This document shows, one piece after another, positions 33,546-43,949 of a DNA stretch of 64,000 nucleotides (its first letter is position 1; every line of letters starts with the position of its first letter). The notes below the pieces were generated by a model. The model saw nothing but the letters and a program-made list of their open reading frames with translations. It was not told the origin of the DNA and searched no databases. A program made the translations under genes and the position numbers. The DNA is from an uncultured Planctomycetaceae bacterium (GTDB lineage Bacteria; Planctomycetota; Planctomycetia; Isosphaerales; Isosphaeraceae). Where the stretch lies: the NCBI GenBank assembly GCA_963833985.1, contig CAWIAD010000002.1:2656001-2720000 (forward strand), given 5' to 3'.

Positions 33546-36500
33546 ATGGCTCGCAACTCGCGATCAAACACTGGTTTACATGGTATCGCACGGGTACTGC
33601 TGATGGCCTGGATCGCCGCCTGGCCGTCACTCGCGGCTCCCGGGAGCGACCGTCCGCCGCCCATGGATATCGCCCCCTTCGCGCTGCCGAACTGTGCGCC
33701 CGGCGAGATCCGCTTTGAAGAAACGCGCGATATCGTGGCCGTCGATGTGACCCTGGACGGAACGGTTCCGCAGGCAATCGGCCTGTCCTACCTTCAGCAG
33801 CACTGGCCCGGGACCAGGCTCGAGTTCGCCAGCGACCGATCGCAAGCCTGCCAGTTCGGCTGGACCAAGGTCGACGACTGGTTCAACGGGAAGTGGAGGA
33901 GGGCGGCGACCCGGCTGATCGCTGGCCCACCGGGGCATGCGCGCATCGAGTTCGAGCCGCTCACACGCGAGTTTCCGGAGCACCGCGATTACGACGTTCG
34001 TTTCCGGCGGACGCTGGGACTGCGCATCGAGGGCCCAAAGCCTGAGGCGATCCGCCAGGTCCGGGTCTTTACCCGATCGGAACCTGCGCGGACGGTCCTC
34101 CGGGTGACTCTGAACGCGGCTGCACGAACGCCCGGCAAGCTGCTTCGGTTCGAGGGCTACAACGCACGCGTGGAGGCCATTTCTGCTCTGAGCCACTGCC
34201 GGGTGGACGGAGCCGCTCTGGCCTGGGATGGGGCTGGACAGACCGAGTTCCAGATCCGGGTGGCCCATCTGGCTCCCGCCTTTCGCTACAGTGGAGACGA
34301 TGGGCTCGTCGAATTTCACCTGGACGGTGACGCCTTCACGATCTCGCTGCCGGTCCTCAAGGCGCAGGGGCCGATCTGGTTCGCCGAGCAAGGCGTGTTC
34401 ATCGCCGACGCAGCAGACACGACCACCGCAGAGCAGTACATCGCCCGCTCGGCTGGAAAGAAGACGATCGCCCAGCGGGTCCGGGAAATGCCCGAGCAGA
34501 GCTATGCGGGCACCTTCCTGGGCCAGCCGCGGCCGCACAGCGTGGCCTGGAGCCTTGGCTTCAAGAACTGCCGGCAGCGGTTCTGGCAGGATCCCAACGG
34601 AGACATCACCCTCGAGAGCACGACCGTCCGCCAGCTCCCGGCCGCCGATACGGCGCGCTATGCCAATGGCGACCGCGAAGGAGGCGGGCACGGCCGCTTC
34701 TTCTTCGGGCTGGAAGACTGGATCATGCAAGGACGCGGCACAGATCCCGCCCCGGCGCTGGTGTCGCGGCTCCGGGCCCGCAACGACGATATCGAGATCG
34801 AACAGACCAGCCTGGCCGGACCCCTGGATGGCCAGGTGGAATCAAAAGTCATCGCCGGGGACAGGACGCTGGTCTGCCTGGTTCATTTCCGACTCAGCAA
34901 CGCCGGTGCGGAAGTGCGCAGGGCCGCTCTGCACGTGGAGTACTCGTCGCGGAGCGGGCGCTCGCCGGGCTTCCACGCCGCAAATCGGCGAGACGGCTCG
35001 CTGAACGACTGGCTCGTGCCCGACTCCCCACGCGAGCCGCTGGCGTACGACGGGGCGTTGCTGCACGGCACCTGGAACGGGCGGCGGGTCTTGCGGGCAC
35101 GCGTGCAGACGGCCATGACCGCCGGCCAGGAAGGGTCGGGCGTCACCTTCTGGCGCGTGCTGGCCCCCGGAGCGAGCGCCGAGCTGGTGCTCAAGATCCC
35201 GTTTGTCGCCCTCGATGAGGCAGCCGAATCCGGCCAGCTCAAGGCGCTCGACTTCGATGCGATGAGAAGCCGGCTCGCGGCCTTCTGGAGGGGTGAAGAG
35301 GCACGCGGCGCACGCGTCTCCACGCCGGTCCCCCAGCTCGATGCCTTGCACCGGGCGCACCTCACTTACGTTCAGATCAGCGATCCCGCCATGCCGGGGG
35401 CGCCGGAGCTTGTGAACACCTCGGTCGGCACCTCGACGTACAGCAATTGCGGCAACGAATCGTGCATGATCAACCAGGAGCTGGACCAGCGGGGCCTCGC
35501 CGACGCGGCGCGCCGCCGGCTGGAAGTCTGGGTGCGATACCAGGGGAGCGAGCCGCTTCTGGGGCGGTTCACGGATCAGCGCGGCGTGCTCCATGGTGCG
35601 GGCGGGTTCTCGTTCTCGGCGTCGTACAATCAGAATCACGGCTGGATCCTCTGGAGGCTGGCCGAGCACGCGCTGTACACGCGGGACCGCGCCTGGTTCA
35701 ACCACGTCAGCCCCACCCTGGTTGAGGCCTGCGACTGGGTCTTCCGCCAGCGCAGGCAGACGATGCAGCCTCTGCCCCATTCGCGTGGCTGGGAGCACGG
35801 CTTTCTGCCGGCCGGTGCGCTGGAGGACGTCGAGGAATACCGCTACTGGCTGACGACGAACACGATGATCTGGCGTGGAGTGGACGCCGCCGCCGGTGCG
35901 CTGGAGGTCTTTGGCCACCCCGAGTCGAAACGCATCCGCCGGGAAGCGCAGCAGTACCGCGCCGACCTGAGGCGCGGCTTCGAGACCATGCGCCGGCACA
36001 CGCCACTGGTGCGCCTCAGGAACGGCCGCTGGGTCCCTGACTATCCGGGGCAGCTCTATCGCCGCGGCCGCGACATCGGCTGGATCCGCGAGACGCTGGA
36101 GGGCTCCGTCTACCTGCTGTTGAGCGGCCTGTACGACCCGCGCGGCCGCGAGGCGCAGTGGATCCTCGACGACTACCAGGACAACCGCTACATGTCGCCC
36201 CCCTACGGCTACGCGATGGTGGATGAAGAAAGCGACTGGTTCAGCCGCGGAGGAATCTCGATCCAGCCCAACCTGCTCGCCGGACTGATGCCGTATCTCG
36301 ATCGAGATGAGCCCGAGGTCTATCTCTGGATGTTCTTCAACGCCTGGTTGGCCTGCTACCGCGAGGAGGTCAACGCCATGGTGGAGCATCCTTATCCCGA
36401 GCTCGGCTATTCGAACACGGCCCATCCCAAGACCAGCGACGAGGCCAACGCCGTCATGTGGCTGCGCTACTTATTTGTTTATGGCAATCGGGATGGCCTG

Positions 36501-36815
36501 TTCCTCGGCCGCGCCATCCCCCGCGCCTGGCTGGGACAGGATCGGCCCATCGGCCTGAGGCGCGTACATACGCCCTGGGGGGAGGCCAGCGTGACGTACT
36601 TCCCGAGCCGCTCGACCGAGATCATCCGGGCCCGGGTCGAGCTGAAGCTCTCGAGCCGTCCGCCCCGGGTCCTGATCCGCTTTCGCCATCCCCGGAACAA
36701 GCCGATCACCGGGGTGACCGTCAACGGCCGCCCGCACGCCGGGTTCGACGCAGTGAGCCAGGACGTGGATCTCTCCGGCCTGGATGGGCCGCTGGAGCTC
36801 CAGGTTCGGTTTTGA
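33546..36815 (+). CDS. Large secreted protein, probable (alpha/alpha)6 glycoside hydrolase/phosphorylase-like
   Basis: Signal peptide; GWILWRLAEH..YTRD.AW, LVEACDW, GFLPAG, LFLGRAIPRAWL, TPWG pattern of six-hairpin glycosidases. Confidence 0.7.
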   Translation: MARNSRSNTGLHGIARVLLMAWIAAWPSLAAPGSDRPPPMDIAPFALPNCAPGEIRFEETRDIVAVDVTLDGTVPQAIGLSYLQQHWPGTRLEFASDRSQACQFGWTKVDDWFNGKWRRAATRLIAGPPGHARIEFEPLTREFPEHRDYDVRFRRTLGLRIEGPKPEAIRQVRVFTRSEPARTVLRVTLNAAARTPGKLLRFEGYNARVEAISALSHCRVDGAALAWDGAGQTEFQIRVAHLAPAFRYSGDDGLVEFHLDGDAFTISLPVLKAQGPIWFAEQGVFIADAADTTTAEQYIARSAGKKTIAQRVREMPEQSYAGTFLGQPRPHSVAWSLGFKNCRQRFWQDPNGDITLESTTVRQLPAADTARYANGDREGGGHGRFFFGLEDWIMQGRGTDPAPALVSRLRARNDDIEIEQTSLAGPLDGQVESKVIAGDRTLVCLVHFRLSNAGAEVRRAALHVEYSSRSGRSPGFHAANRRDGSLNDWLVPDSPREPLAYDGALLHGTWNGRRVLRARVQTAMTAGQEGSGVTFWRVLAPGASAELVLKIPFVALDEAAESGQLKALDFDAMRSRLAAFWRGEEARGARVSTPVPQLDALHRAHLTYVQISDPAMPGAPELVNTSVGTSTYSNCGNESCMINQELDQRGLADAARRRLEVWVRYQGSEPLLGRFTDQRGVLHGAGGFSFSASYNQNHGWILWRLAEHALYTRDRAWFNHVSPTLVEACDWVFRQRRQTMQPLPHSRGWEHGFLPAGALEDVEEYRYWLTTNTMIWRGVDAAAGALEVFGHPESKRIRREAQQYRADLRRGFETMRRHTPLVRLRNGRWVPDYPGQLYRRGRDIGWIRETLEGSVYLLLSGLYDPRGREAQWILDDYQDNRYMSPPYGYAMVDEESDWFSRGGISIQPNLLAGLMPYLDRDEPEVYLWMFFNAWLACYREEVNAMVEHPYPELGYSNTAHPKTSDEANAVMWLRYLFVYGNRDGLFLGRAIPRAWLGQDRPIGLRRVHTPWGEASVTYFPSRSTEIIRARVELKLSSRPPRVLIRFRHPRNKPITGVTVNGRPHAGFDAVSQDVDLSGLDGPLELQVRF

Positions 36816-36956
36816 GGTTTCCCGGGCAAATGGCGGAGCGGCCGACTTACTCGGGGCGCCGGCGCGGTTATGATGGCGGCAGACTGCGCCGGGATGGGCC
36901 GGCTCCGTCCGAGCCAGGTCCAGGGCTCTTTCCTTCTGTCCTTGAGGGCTCTTCTG

Positions 36957-38168
36957 ATGCGACAGCCAGAGACAAGCCGCCGCCGGTTTCTCGAGACGGC
37001 CGGAGCGGCGATCGCCTTTCCTTACGTCATCACGTCCTCCGCGCTGGGGGCGGGTGCCAGGCCGGCCGCGAGCGAGCGCATCGTCATGGCCACCATCGGC
37101 TGCGGCGGGCAGGGCACCGGCGACATGCAGGGGTTCCTGGGATTTCCCCAGGTGCAGATGGTCGCCGTCTGCGACGTGGTGGCCAGCCATCGCGAAAACG
37201 CCAAACGCATTGTCAACGACCATTACCACAACCAGGACTGCAAGGACTATAACGACTTTCGCGAGGTCCTGGCGCGGCCCGAGATCGACGCGGTGCTCAT
37301 CGGCACTCCCGACCACTGGCACGCCCTGATCACGATCGAGGCCTGTAAGCACGGCAAGGACGTCTACTGCGAGAAGCCGGAGTGCCTGACCATCAAGGAA
37401 GGCCGGGCCATGGTCCAGGCAGTCCAGCGCTACGGGCGCGTCTTCTCCGGAGGCAGCCAGCGCGTGCTGGGCGATTACGGCGACTGGCCGCGCATGGTGC
37501 GCGGCGGTGCGCTCGGTGAAATCAAGGAAATCTTCGTGGATTGCTGGGGACCCTCGGGAGACTGCTACCTCGAGCCGCAGTCCATTCCGCCGGGCGTCGA
37601 CTGGGAGATGTGGCTTGGCCCCGCGCCTGCGCGGCCGTTCCACGACAGCCTGATCAACGGCGGCTTCCGTCCGTTCCGCGATTATTCGGGCGGCGGCATG
37701 ACCGACTGGGGCGCCCACCGCTTCGGCGCGGCGATGTTCGCCGCCGGGCTGCACAAGACGGGCCCCGTCGAGATCATTCCGCCCGACGGCAAGGACCACA
37801 AGCTGCTGACTTACGTCTTCGCCAGCGGCACGCGGATGTACCACGGCGGCACGTCCGACATCACCTACAAGGGCACCGAGGGCGAGCTGCCCGGCAAGCA
37901 CCGCACCACCACCGCGCGGGTGGACATGGAAGGCTACAGGGGCGAAGGCGGCATCTTCGGCGATTTCTTGCACTGCGTGAAGACCCGCGAGCTGCCGTTC
38001 CGCAACATCGAGGTCGCCCATCGCGCCACGACGGTCTGCCACCTGGGCAACATCGCCTACTGGCTGAAGCGGCCGCTCAGGTGGGACCCGGCCGCCGAGC
38101 AGATCATCGGTGATCCCGAGGCCAATCGCTGGCTCGACCGTCCCAAGCGCGAACCCTGGACCCTCTGA
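36957..38168 (+). CDS. Gfo/Idh/MocA family oxidoreductase with Tat signal
   Basis: SRRRFL; IGCGGQG; TPDHWH; KDVYCEKP; DWGAH. Confidence 0.93.
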   Translation: MRQPETSRRRFLETAGAAIAFPYVITSSALGAGARPAASERIVMATIGCGGQGTGDMQGFLGFPQVQMVAVCDVVASHRENAKRIVNDHYHNQDCKDYNDFREVLARPEIDAVLIGTPDHWHALITIEACKHGKDVYCEKPECLTIKEGRAMVQAVQRYGRVFSGGSQRVLGDYGDWPRMVRGGALGEIKEIFVDCWGPSGDCYLEPQSIPPGVDWEMWLGPAPARPFHDSLINGGFRPFRDYSGGGMTDWGAHRFGAAMFAAGLHKTGPVEIIPPDGKDHKLLTYVFASGTRMYHGGTSDITYKGTEGELPGKHRTTTARVDMEGYRGEGGIFGDFLHCVKTRELPFRNIEVAHRATTVCHLGNIAYWLKRPLRWDPAAEQIIGDPEANRWLDRPKREPWTL

Positions 38169-38197
38169 TCCGAGGCGACACAAGGAGCACATGCAAG

Positions 38198-40248
38198 ATG
38201 AACATCCGACGATGGACAATGATCGCGGCTGCGTGCCTCTTCAGCCTGGCGGCGGCACGAGCCGACGATGCCGATCTGAAGCAGACCTTCGCAAAGCTTC
38301 TGCCGTCGATGGACCAGGAAGCGGCGCAGCAGCAGTGGCAAGACATCTGCTGGAACGCCGGCGCACCCGGCCACGAGGCCAGGCGGAGCGAGGCGTGCAA
38401 GCTGATGGCCGACAAGCTCGGCCCGGGCACGCCGGTCGCCGCGCGCGTCTGGCTGCTCAAGCAGCTCGAGCGCATCGGCAGGGGCGAGTGCGTCGCTGAG
38501 GTGGCCGCGATCGTGAACGACGGCGAAAAGCTGGTGCGCGATGCCGCCATCCGGGCGCTCGCCAATAACCCGGACCCGGCCGCCGGAGACCGGCTGGCGC
38601 GGCCTTCAAGGACTCGGCCGATCCCATGCAGCGGGTTGCGCTGGCCAACGCGCTGGGCTTCCGCGCCGAGCCATCGAGCGTGGACGTCCTGGTGCACTCC
38701 GGACTGGAACGCGGCCACGATGCGACAGTCCTGGTGGCGTCGGCCCGTGCGCTCGGCAAGATCGCCACACCCGAGGCCATCGCCGGGCTACAGCAGGCAC
38801 TGGAACGCACGCATGGCCCGGTACGGCTTCAGGTGGGCGACGCCCTGGCGAAGTGCTGCCTGAAACTGTGTGCCGAGGGCAAGACGGCCGAGGCCAGGGA
38901 AATTGCGCTCCGGCTCTACCATCTTGACCAGCCGACCAAGCTCGCCGGGCTGGAGGGATTGCTCCACAGCCGAGGCGAGGACGTGGCCATGACGATTCTC
39001 CGTGCCCTGGCGAACAATGATGCCCTGGAGAGGAGCGCGGCGGTGGGCTTTGTTGGCCAGGTCGGCAGCGACGCGGTGAAGCAGCTGGCCGCGGGACTCA
39101 CCGAATTGCCGGCGGCCGGCAAGATTGCCCTGCTGCAAGCCCTGGGCGCGCGCCGCGATCGTGCGGCCTTGCCCGCCGTGGCCGCGGCCGCGGCCAGCGA
39201 CGACCCCGCGGTGAAGGCTGCCGCGCTCGCGGCCCTGGGCGGCCTCGGCGACCGCTCGACGGTGCCCCTGCTCGTACAGGCCATCGAAAAAGGCGGCGAT
39301 GCGGCGAACTCCGCCCGGCACAGCCTGGAGACCATCTTCGCCGACGGCGTCGACCAGGCGCTCGTCGAGACAATGAAGCAAACCGGCGACCGCGGCCGCA
39401 GGGCGCTCTTCATCGAGATTCTCGACCAGCGCCGGGCCGTCGCGGCCGTGCCCGCATTTCTCGAGGAGCTGGCCAGCGACGACGGCAACGTCCGCCGCAA
39501 GGCCATCTCGGCGCTCGGCAATGTGGCGGGGCCCGAAGACGCGGCAAGCCTGATCCGCGCACTGCTGAAGATCCGCGATGCCGGCGAGCGCGACGAGGCG
39601 GGACGCGCCGTCGCCGCTGTCTGCGGCCGCATGGTCGACGACAGCCAGCAAGCCGACCCGGTCCTGACGGCGTACGGCAACGTGTCCGGCGAGGACCAGC
39701 TTTTGCTCTTGCCGGTGCTGGGCCGGATCGGCGGCAAGAAGGTCCTGGCGGTCGTCCGCGAGGCCGTGGCCAGCAGTGATCCGAAGCGCCGGGAGAGCGG
39801 CCAGCAGGCCCTCTTCCACTGGCCCGACTCCACCGTGGCTGACGACCTGGCGAACCTGGCCGAACAGGCTCGGGACGACGCGCTGAAGGTCCGGGCCATC
39901 CACGAGCTGGCGCGCGTCGTCATCCTGCCGGGCGACCGCAGTGACGACGCCCGGCTGGCCTTCCTGGCCAGGGCCATGAAGCAGGCCACTCGCAATGAGG
40001 ACCGGCGAATGATCCTGGACAAGGTGCGCGAGATTCACACGCTGCCGGCCGTCCGCTTCGCTGCCGGGTTCCTCGACCAGCCCCGGCTTGCCAGCCAGGC
40101 CTGCGCCACGGTTGCGGACCTGCTGCATCACGACGAGGTCCGCAACGCAAACCGGGCAGAGGTGAACAAGATCATCGACCAGGTGGTCGCGGCCAGCAAG
40201 GACAAGAGCCTCGTGGAGCGAGTGAAGAGCTTCAAGGCCGCTCAGTAA
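38198..40248 (+). CDS. Secreted HEAT-repeat protein; frameshift near 38600
   Basis: Signal peptide; repeated VRxAAxxALG helices in ORFs 38198-38863 and 38626-40248. Confidence 0.82.
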
Positions 40249-40294
40249 CCGCAGCGACGCGTGGCGAGTGGACCGCTTAGCTCGGCGCTGCGGT

Positions 40295-40334
40295 CCGCTT
40301 CGCTCCGCTCCACTCGACTCGACTCCACTCCACT
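40295..40334. repeat. Degenerate pentamer microsatellite (8 units) within a hairpin-rich spacer between convergent genes
   Basis: CCGCT TCGCT CCGCT CCACT CGACT CGACT CCACT CCACT; overlapping GGACCGC...GCGGTCC stem. Confidence 0.7.
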
Positions 40335-40349
40335 CATTCGCCAGACGCT

Positions 40350-41450
40350 TCACGAACGTCCGGGCCGGACCAGACCGGCCGTGACATCCATATCAAGAGC
40401 CCCGACCTGGCCCGCGCCCAGCTTGGCCAGGGCGATGCCGGCCATGGCGGCGTTGTCCGTGCACAGTGCCAGCGGCGGGATGAACAGCTCCACTCCTTGC
40501 TGGCGCGCCAGCTCCGAGATGCGCTCGCGGAACCGCGCGTTCGCGGCCACGCCGCCCCCGACGCCCAGCCGGCTCGCGCCCGTCTTCACGAGTGCCTGTC
40601 GGGTCTTGGCCACGAGCACGTCGACCACGGCTTCCTGGAAGCTCGCCGCGAGGTCGGCCACCTGCGTGGGCGTGGGCCGCACCGCCCCGCGCTCCTCGTT
40701 CGGTCCGCGCAGGGCGTAGAGCACGGCGGTCTTCAAGCCCGAGAAGCTGAAGGCCAGGCGCTCGTCGTGCAGGAACGATCGGGGGAAGGCAAAAGCCCGC
40801 GGATTGCCGGACCGCGCAGCGCGTTCGATCTCGGGCCCGCCGGGGTATCCCAGCTCCAGCAGGCTGGCCACCTTGTCGAACGCCTCGCCGGCCGCGTCGT
40901 CGAGCGTTCCGCCCAGGAGCTCGCAGTCCAGGGGGCCGCGGCAAAGGAACAGGCTGGTGTGTCCGCCGGAGACCACCAGGCCGACGCAGGGGTAGACGTC
41001 ACGATCGGGGCTGGCAAGCTGGCAGGCGTAGAGATGGGCTTCCAGGTGATCGATGGCCACCAGCGGCACGCCCAGCACGAGCGCCAGGGTCTTCGCCGCG
41101 GTGAGTCCCACCACCAGGGCACCGACCAGGCCGGGCCGAGTCGCGACGGCAATCATCTCCAGGTCGTCGAGCAGGACGCCGGCCTGCCGGAGGGCCTCAT
41201 CGATGATCGGCAAGACCTGCCGCACGTGGGCCCGCGAGGCGATCTCCGGTACCACGCCGCCGAACCGCTGGTGCAGGCTGACCTGCGAGGCGACCACGCT
41301 GGAAAGGATGCGGGGCACGCCCGAGGCCGGCGGCCGAGGCCCTTCCAGCACCGCCGCACCGGTCTCATCGCAGGTCGTCTCGATGGCCAGGAAGATCAGT
41401 CGCGAGGGATCTTTTCGGGATCCAGCCTGCGGCTGCGGGTCCCGGTTCAC
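40350..41450 (-). CDS. tsaD: tRNA N6-threonylcarbamoyltransferase TsaD
   Basis: AIETTCDET, GGVVPEIASRAH, HLEAH, VSGGHT, DDAAGEAFDK, FSFSGLKT, CTDNAAM. Confidence 0.96.
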   Translation of the reverse strand: MNRDPQPQAGSRKDPSRLIFLAIETTCDETGAAVLEGPRPPASGVPRILSSVVASQVSLHQRFGGVVPEIASRAHVRQVLPIIDEALRQAGVLLDDLEMIAVATRPGLVGALVVGLTAAKTLALVLGVPLVAIDHLEAHLYACQLASPDRDVYPCVGLVVSGGHTSLFLCRGPLDCELLGGTLDDAAGEAFDKVASLLELGYPGGPEIERAARSGNPRAFAFPRSFLHDERLAFSFSGLKTAVLYALRGPNEERGAVRPTPTQVADLAASFQEAVVDVLVAKTRQALVKTGASRLGVGGGVAANARFRERISELARQQGVELFIPPLALCTDNAAMAGIALAKLGAGQVGALDMDVTAGLVRPGRS

Positions 41451-42976
41451 GCCGCCTTGGCTTTCTGCCCCTCGGCGATCTTCGCCTTGATCACCTCGAG
41501 GGCCTTGTCCAGCACCTTGTCCACGAACGGCCCGGATACGCCCCGCAGCGAGCGGAGCCGGGACCGCGAGGTCCCCTTCTCGGGCTCCTTATCCTTATCC
41601 TTGCTCTGGTCCTTCTCGTGGTCGTCTGGCCGGGCCTTCTCCGTATCCTTGGGCTTCTCGTTGTTCTTGGCCTTGTCCTTGTCCTGGTCCTGGTCCTTGC
41701 CGTCGCCGGGGGCCTTGTCGGCTTCGGCTCTGGTCGCGGGGGCGTGGGGATGGCCCTTGGCGGCGGACTGCAAATCGCGACCGCGGCGACCCGCGAACCA
41801 GCGGACATACTCACTGGGGTTCAGCTTCACCTCCATGCCCGGGTTGGGAGAGACGCCCCACTTGTCGGTGGTCTTGGAGTCGCGGAAGCGGTGAATGTTG
41901 TCGCCGTTGGGCCGGTGATAGCTGGCCACCGTCAGCTTCAGCACGCTGCTGCCGTCTTCCAGTTCCAGGATGTTCTGCACCGAGCCCTTGCCGTAGGAGC
42001 GCTGGCCAATGATCGTGGCCCGCTTGTTGTCTTGCAGGGCGGCCGAGACGATCTCCGAGGCCGAGGCCGAGTTCTGGTTGATGAGTACGACCATGGGCAG
42101 CTCCTCGTAAGGGCTGTCCTTCTGGGCAAGGTACGACTTGGGAATGGTGTTCCGCCCCTCGGTGCTGACGACCTTGCCGCGCTCCAGGAACATGTCCGAA
42201 ACCTCGACCGCGGCGCTCAAGAGGCCGCCGGGGTTGTCGCGGAGGTCGAGGATCAGGCCCTTGACGTCCTCTCCCTTGAGCTGTTCCAGGGCCTTGCGCA
42301 GCTCGTCGGCCGTGTTCTGGAGGAAGCTGGAGATGCGCACGTAGCCGATCTTCTTGTCCTTGTCGATCAGGAACTCCCACTCGTCGTTGGGGCCGCGGTG
42401 GTCGCCCAGCACGCTGGGGACCTCGATGATGGCCCGGCGGATGGTCACCGTCTCGGGCTGCTCGGTCCCTTCGTGAAGCACGTTCAGCTTGACGTCGGTA
42501 CCGGGCCGTCCGGTGAGCACGTCGACGGCCTTGTCCGGCCCCATCCCCTCGGTCGAGGTGCCGTCGATGTCCATGATCTGGTCGCCGGCGAGCACTCCGG
42601 CCTCGTAGGCGGGCGTCCCCACCATCGGGGCGATCACCCGCAGGCGATTGGTCTCCGGATCGACGCCCACCTGGATGCCGATACCGCCGAACTTGCCCTC
42701 GATCTGCTTGCGGAACTGCTTCCATTCGCTGGTATTGATGAAAGAGGAGTGCTGGTCCAGGCTCTGGAGCATTCCCTCCAGTGCGCTCTCCAGCAGCTCG
42801 CGGCGTGACACGGGACGGACATAATTGGCCTCGACCTTCTCGACGGCGTCCACGAAGAGGCCGTAGAGCTCAAGCATCTCGTCCTTCGGCTTGGCTCCCT
42901 GCGTCGCCTGCCAGCAGCACAGGCATAGCGCCACGATCATGGATACGGCGAGAACGTTCCGTCTTGGCATCGACAC
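41447..42976 (-). CDS. S41A carboxyl-terminal processing protease (CtpA/Prc-like)
   Basis: FGGIGI PDZ, DLRDNPGG, SASASEIV, SYGKGSVQ. Confidence 0.93.
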   Translation of the reverse strand: MSMPRRNVLAVSMIVALCLCCWQATQGAKPKDEMLELYGLFVDAVEKVEANYVRPVSRRELLESALEGMLQSLDQHSSFINTSEWKQFRKQIEGKFGGIGIQVGVDPETNRLRVIAPMVGTPAYEAGVLAGDQIMDIDGTSTEGMGPDKAVDVLTGRPGTDVKLNVLHEGTEQPETVTIRRAIIEVPSVLGDHRGPNDEWEFLIDKDKKIGYVRISSFLQNTADELRKALEQLKGEDVKGLILDLRDNPGGLLSAAVEVSDMFLERGKVVSTEGRNTIPKSYLAQKDSPYEELPMVVLINQNSASASEIVSAALQDNKRATIIGQRSYGKGSVQNILELEDGSSVLKLTVASYHRPNGDNIHRFRDSKTTDKWGVSPNPGMEVKLNPSEYVRWFAGRRGRDLQSAAKGHPHAPATRAEADKAPGDGKDQDQDKDKAKNNEKPKDTEKARPDDHEKDQSKDKDKEPEKGTSRSRLRSLRGVSGPFVDKVLDKALEVIKAKIAEGQKAKAA

Positions 42977-43196
42977 GTCCCTTTCCTCTGTTTCCCGGAG
43001 TCACCGCGGAGACCGGTCTTGCCCGCAGCGGAGTTATGCCCGGCTGTTCAGCTTGCGGGAACCAGCGAATCTTGCTAACTGGAAGTCTAGTCGAAACCCC
43101 GCGGCAGTGGCAAGCGCCCTGCTGGCGGTCCATCCCCTGACGCTCAGGTAACGGCCGGTCGACCCGACGAACCCGGGTCCGCGATAAGATCCTCTC

Positions 43197-43787
43197 ATGC
43201 GCATCATCGCCGGGGAATACGGTGGCCGGAAGATCCTCGCTCCGCTCTCGGAGACCACTCGGCCAATCACCGACCGGGCCAAGCAATCGCTGTTCGACAC
43301 GCTCGGCGAGCGAGTCGACGGGGCCGTCGTCCTGGACGCGTTCGCGGGCACCGGCTCGATGGGGCTGGAGTGCCTGTCTCGAGGCGCGCGCCGGGTGGTC
43401 TTCATCGAGCGCGACCGCAGCGCCGTGGCGCTGCTGCGCAAGAACATCGCCGCGCTGGACGTCGCAGCGCGCAGCCTGGTGCTGCCCGTTGACGCGTACC
43501 GGGCCCTCCGCCAGGCCGTGCAGGTGCGCGAGGACTTCGAACCGTTCGGGCTTGCCTTCGTGGACCCTCCCTACGCCCACACCGAACCCGGCCCCGACCT
43601 GGCGCGGCTGACACGTTTGCTCGCGGAGCTGGCCGCATCCGCCCTTGCCCCCGACGGCCTGATCAGCCTGCGGCATCCCACCGCGGTCTCGGTCCAGGCG
43701 ATCGTCCCCGGCGAACTCCAGATCATCCGCGAGCTGACCTACGGCTCGATGCGTGTGAGCTGGCTGGCGCGGGATGCCGAGGATTGA
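43197..43787 (+). CDS. rsmD: 16S rRNA m2G966 methyltransferase
   Basis: MRIIAGEYGGR, TRPITDRAK, LDAFAGTGSMGLECLSRGA, VDPPY. Confidence 0.93.
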   Translation: MRIIAGEYGGRKILAPLSETTRPITDRAKQSLFDTLGERVDGAVVLDAFAGTGSMGLECLSRGARRVVFIERDRSAVALLRKNIAALDVAARSLVLPVDAYRALRQAVQVREDFEPFGLAFVDPPYAHTEPGPDLARLTRLLAELAASALAPDGLISLRHPTAVSVQAIVPGELQIIRELTYGSMRVSWLARDAED

Positions 43788-43949
43788 GCCAGGGTCGCAG
43801 CGGGTACGCGGCGATTCGATCCAGAGCGCACGCGTGCCGGCCGCGAGTGCGGAAGCCTCGCGTGCTCCGGATCGCCACCAGGCTCCTCGGCACCGCGCCC
43901 CACGCACGCTCATTGGCCCGACCGTGAAGGCTCAGGTCAAGCCGTGGCG

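Noticed and set aside
41580..41720. Lys/Asp-rich repetitive segment in the S41 protease
   Set aside because: An in-frame low-complexity linker, not a DNA repeat element.
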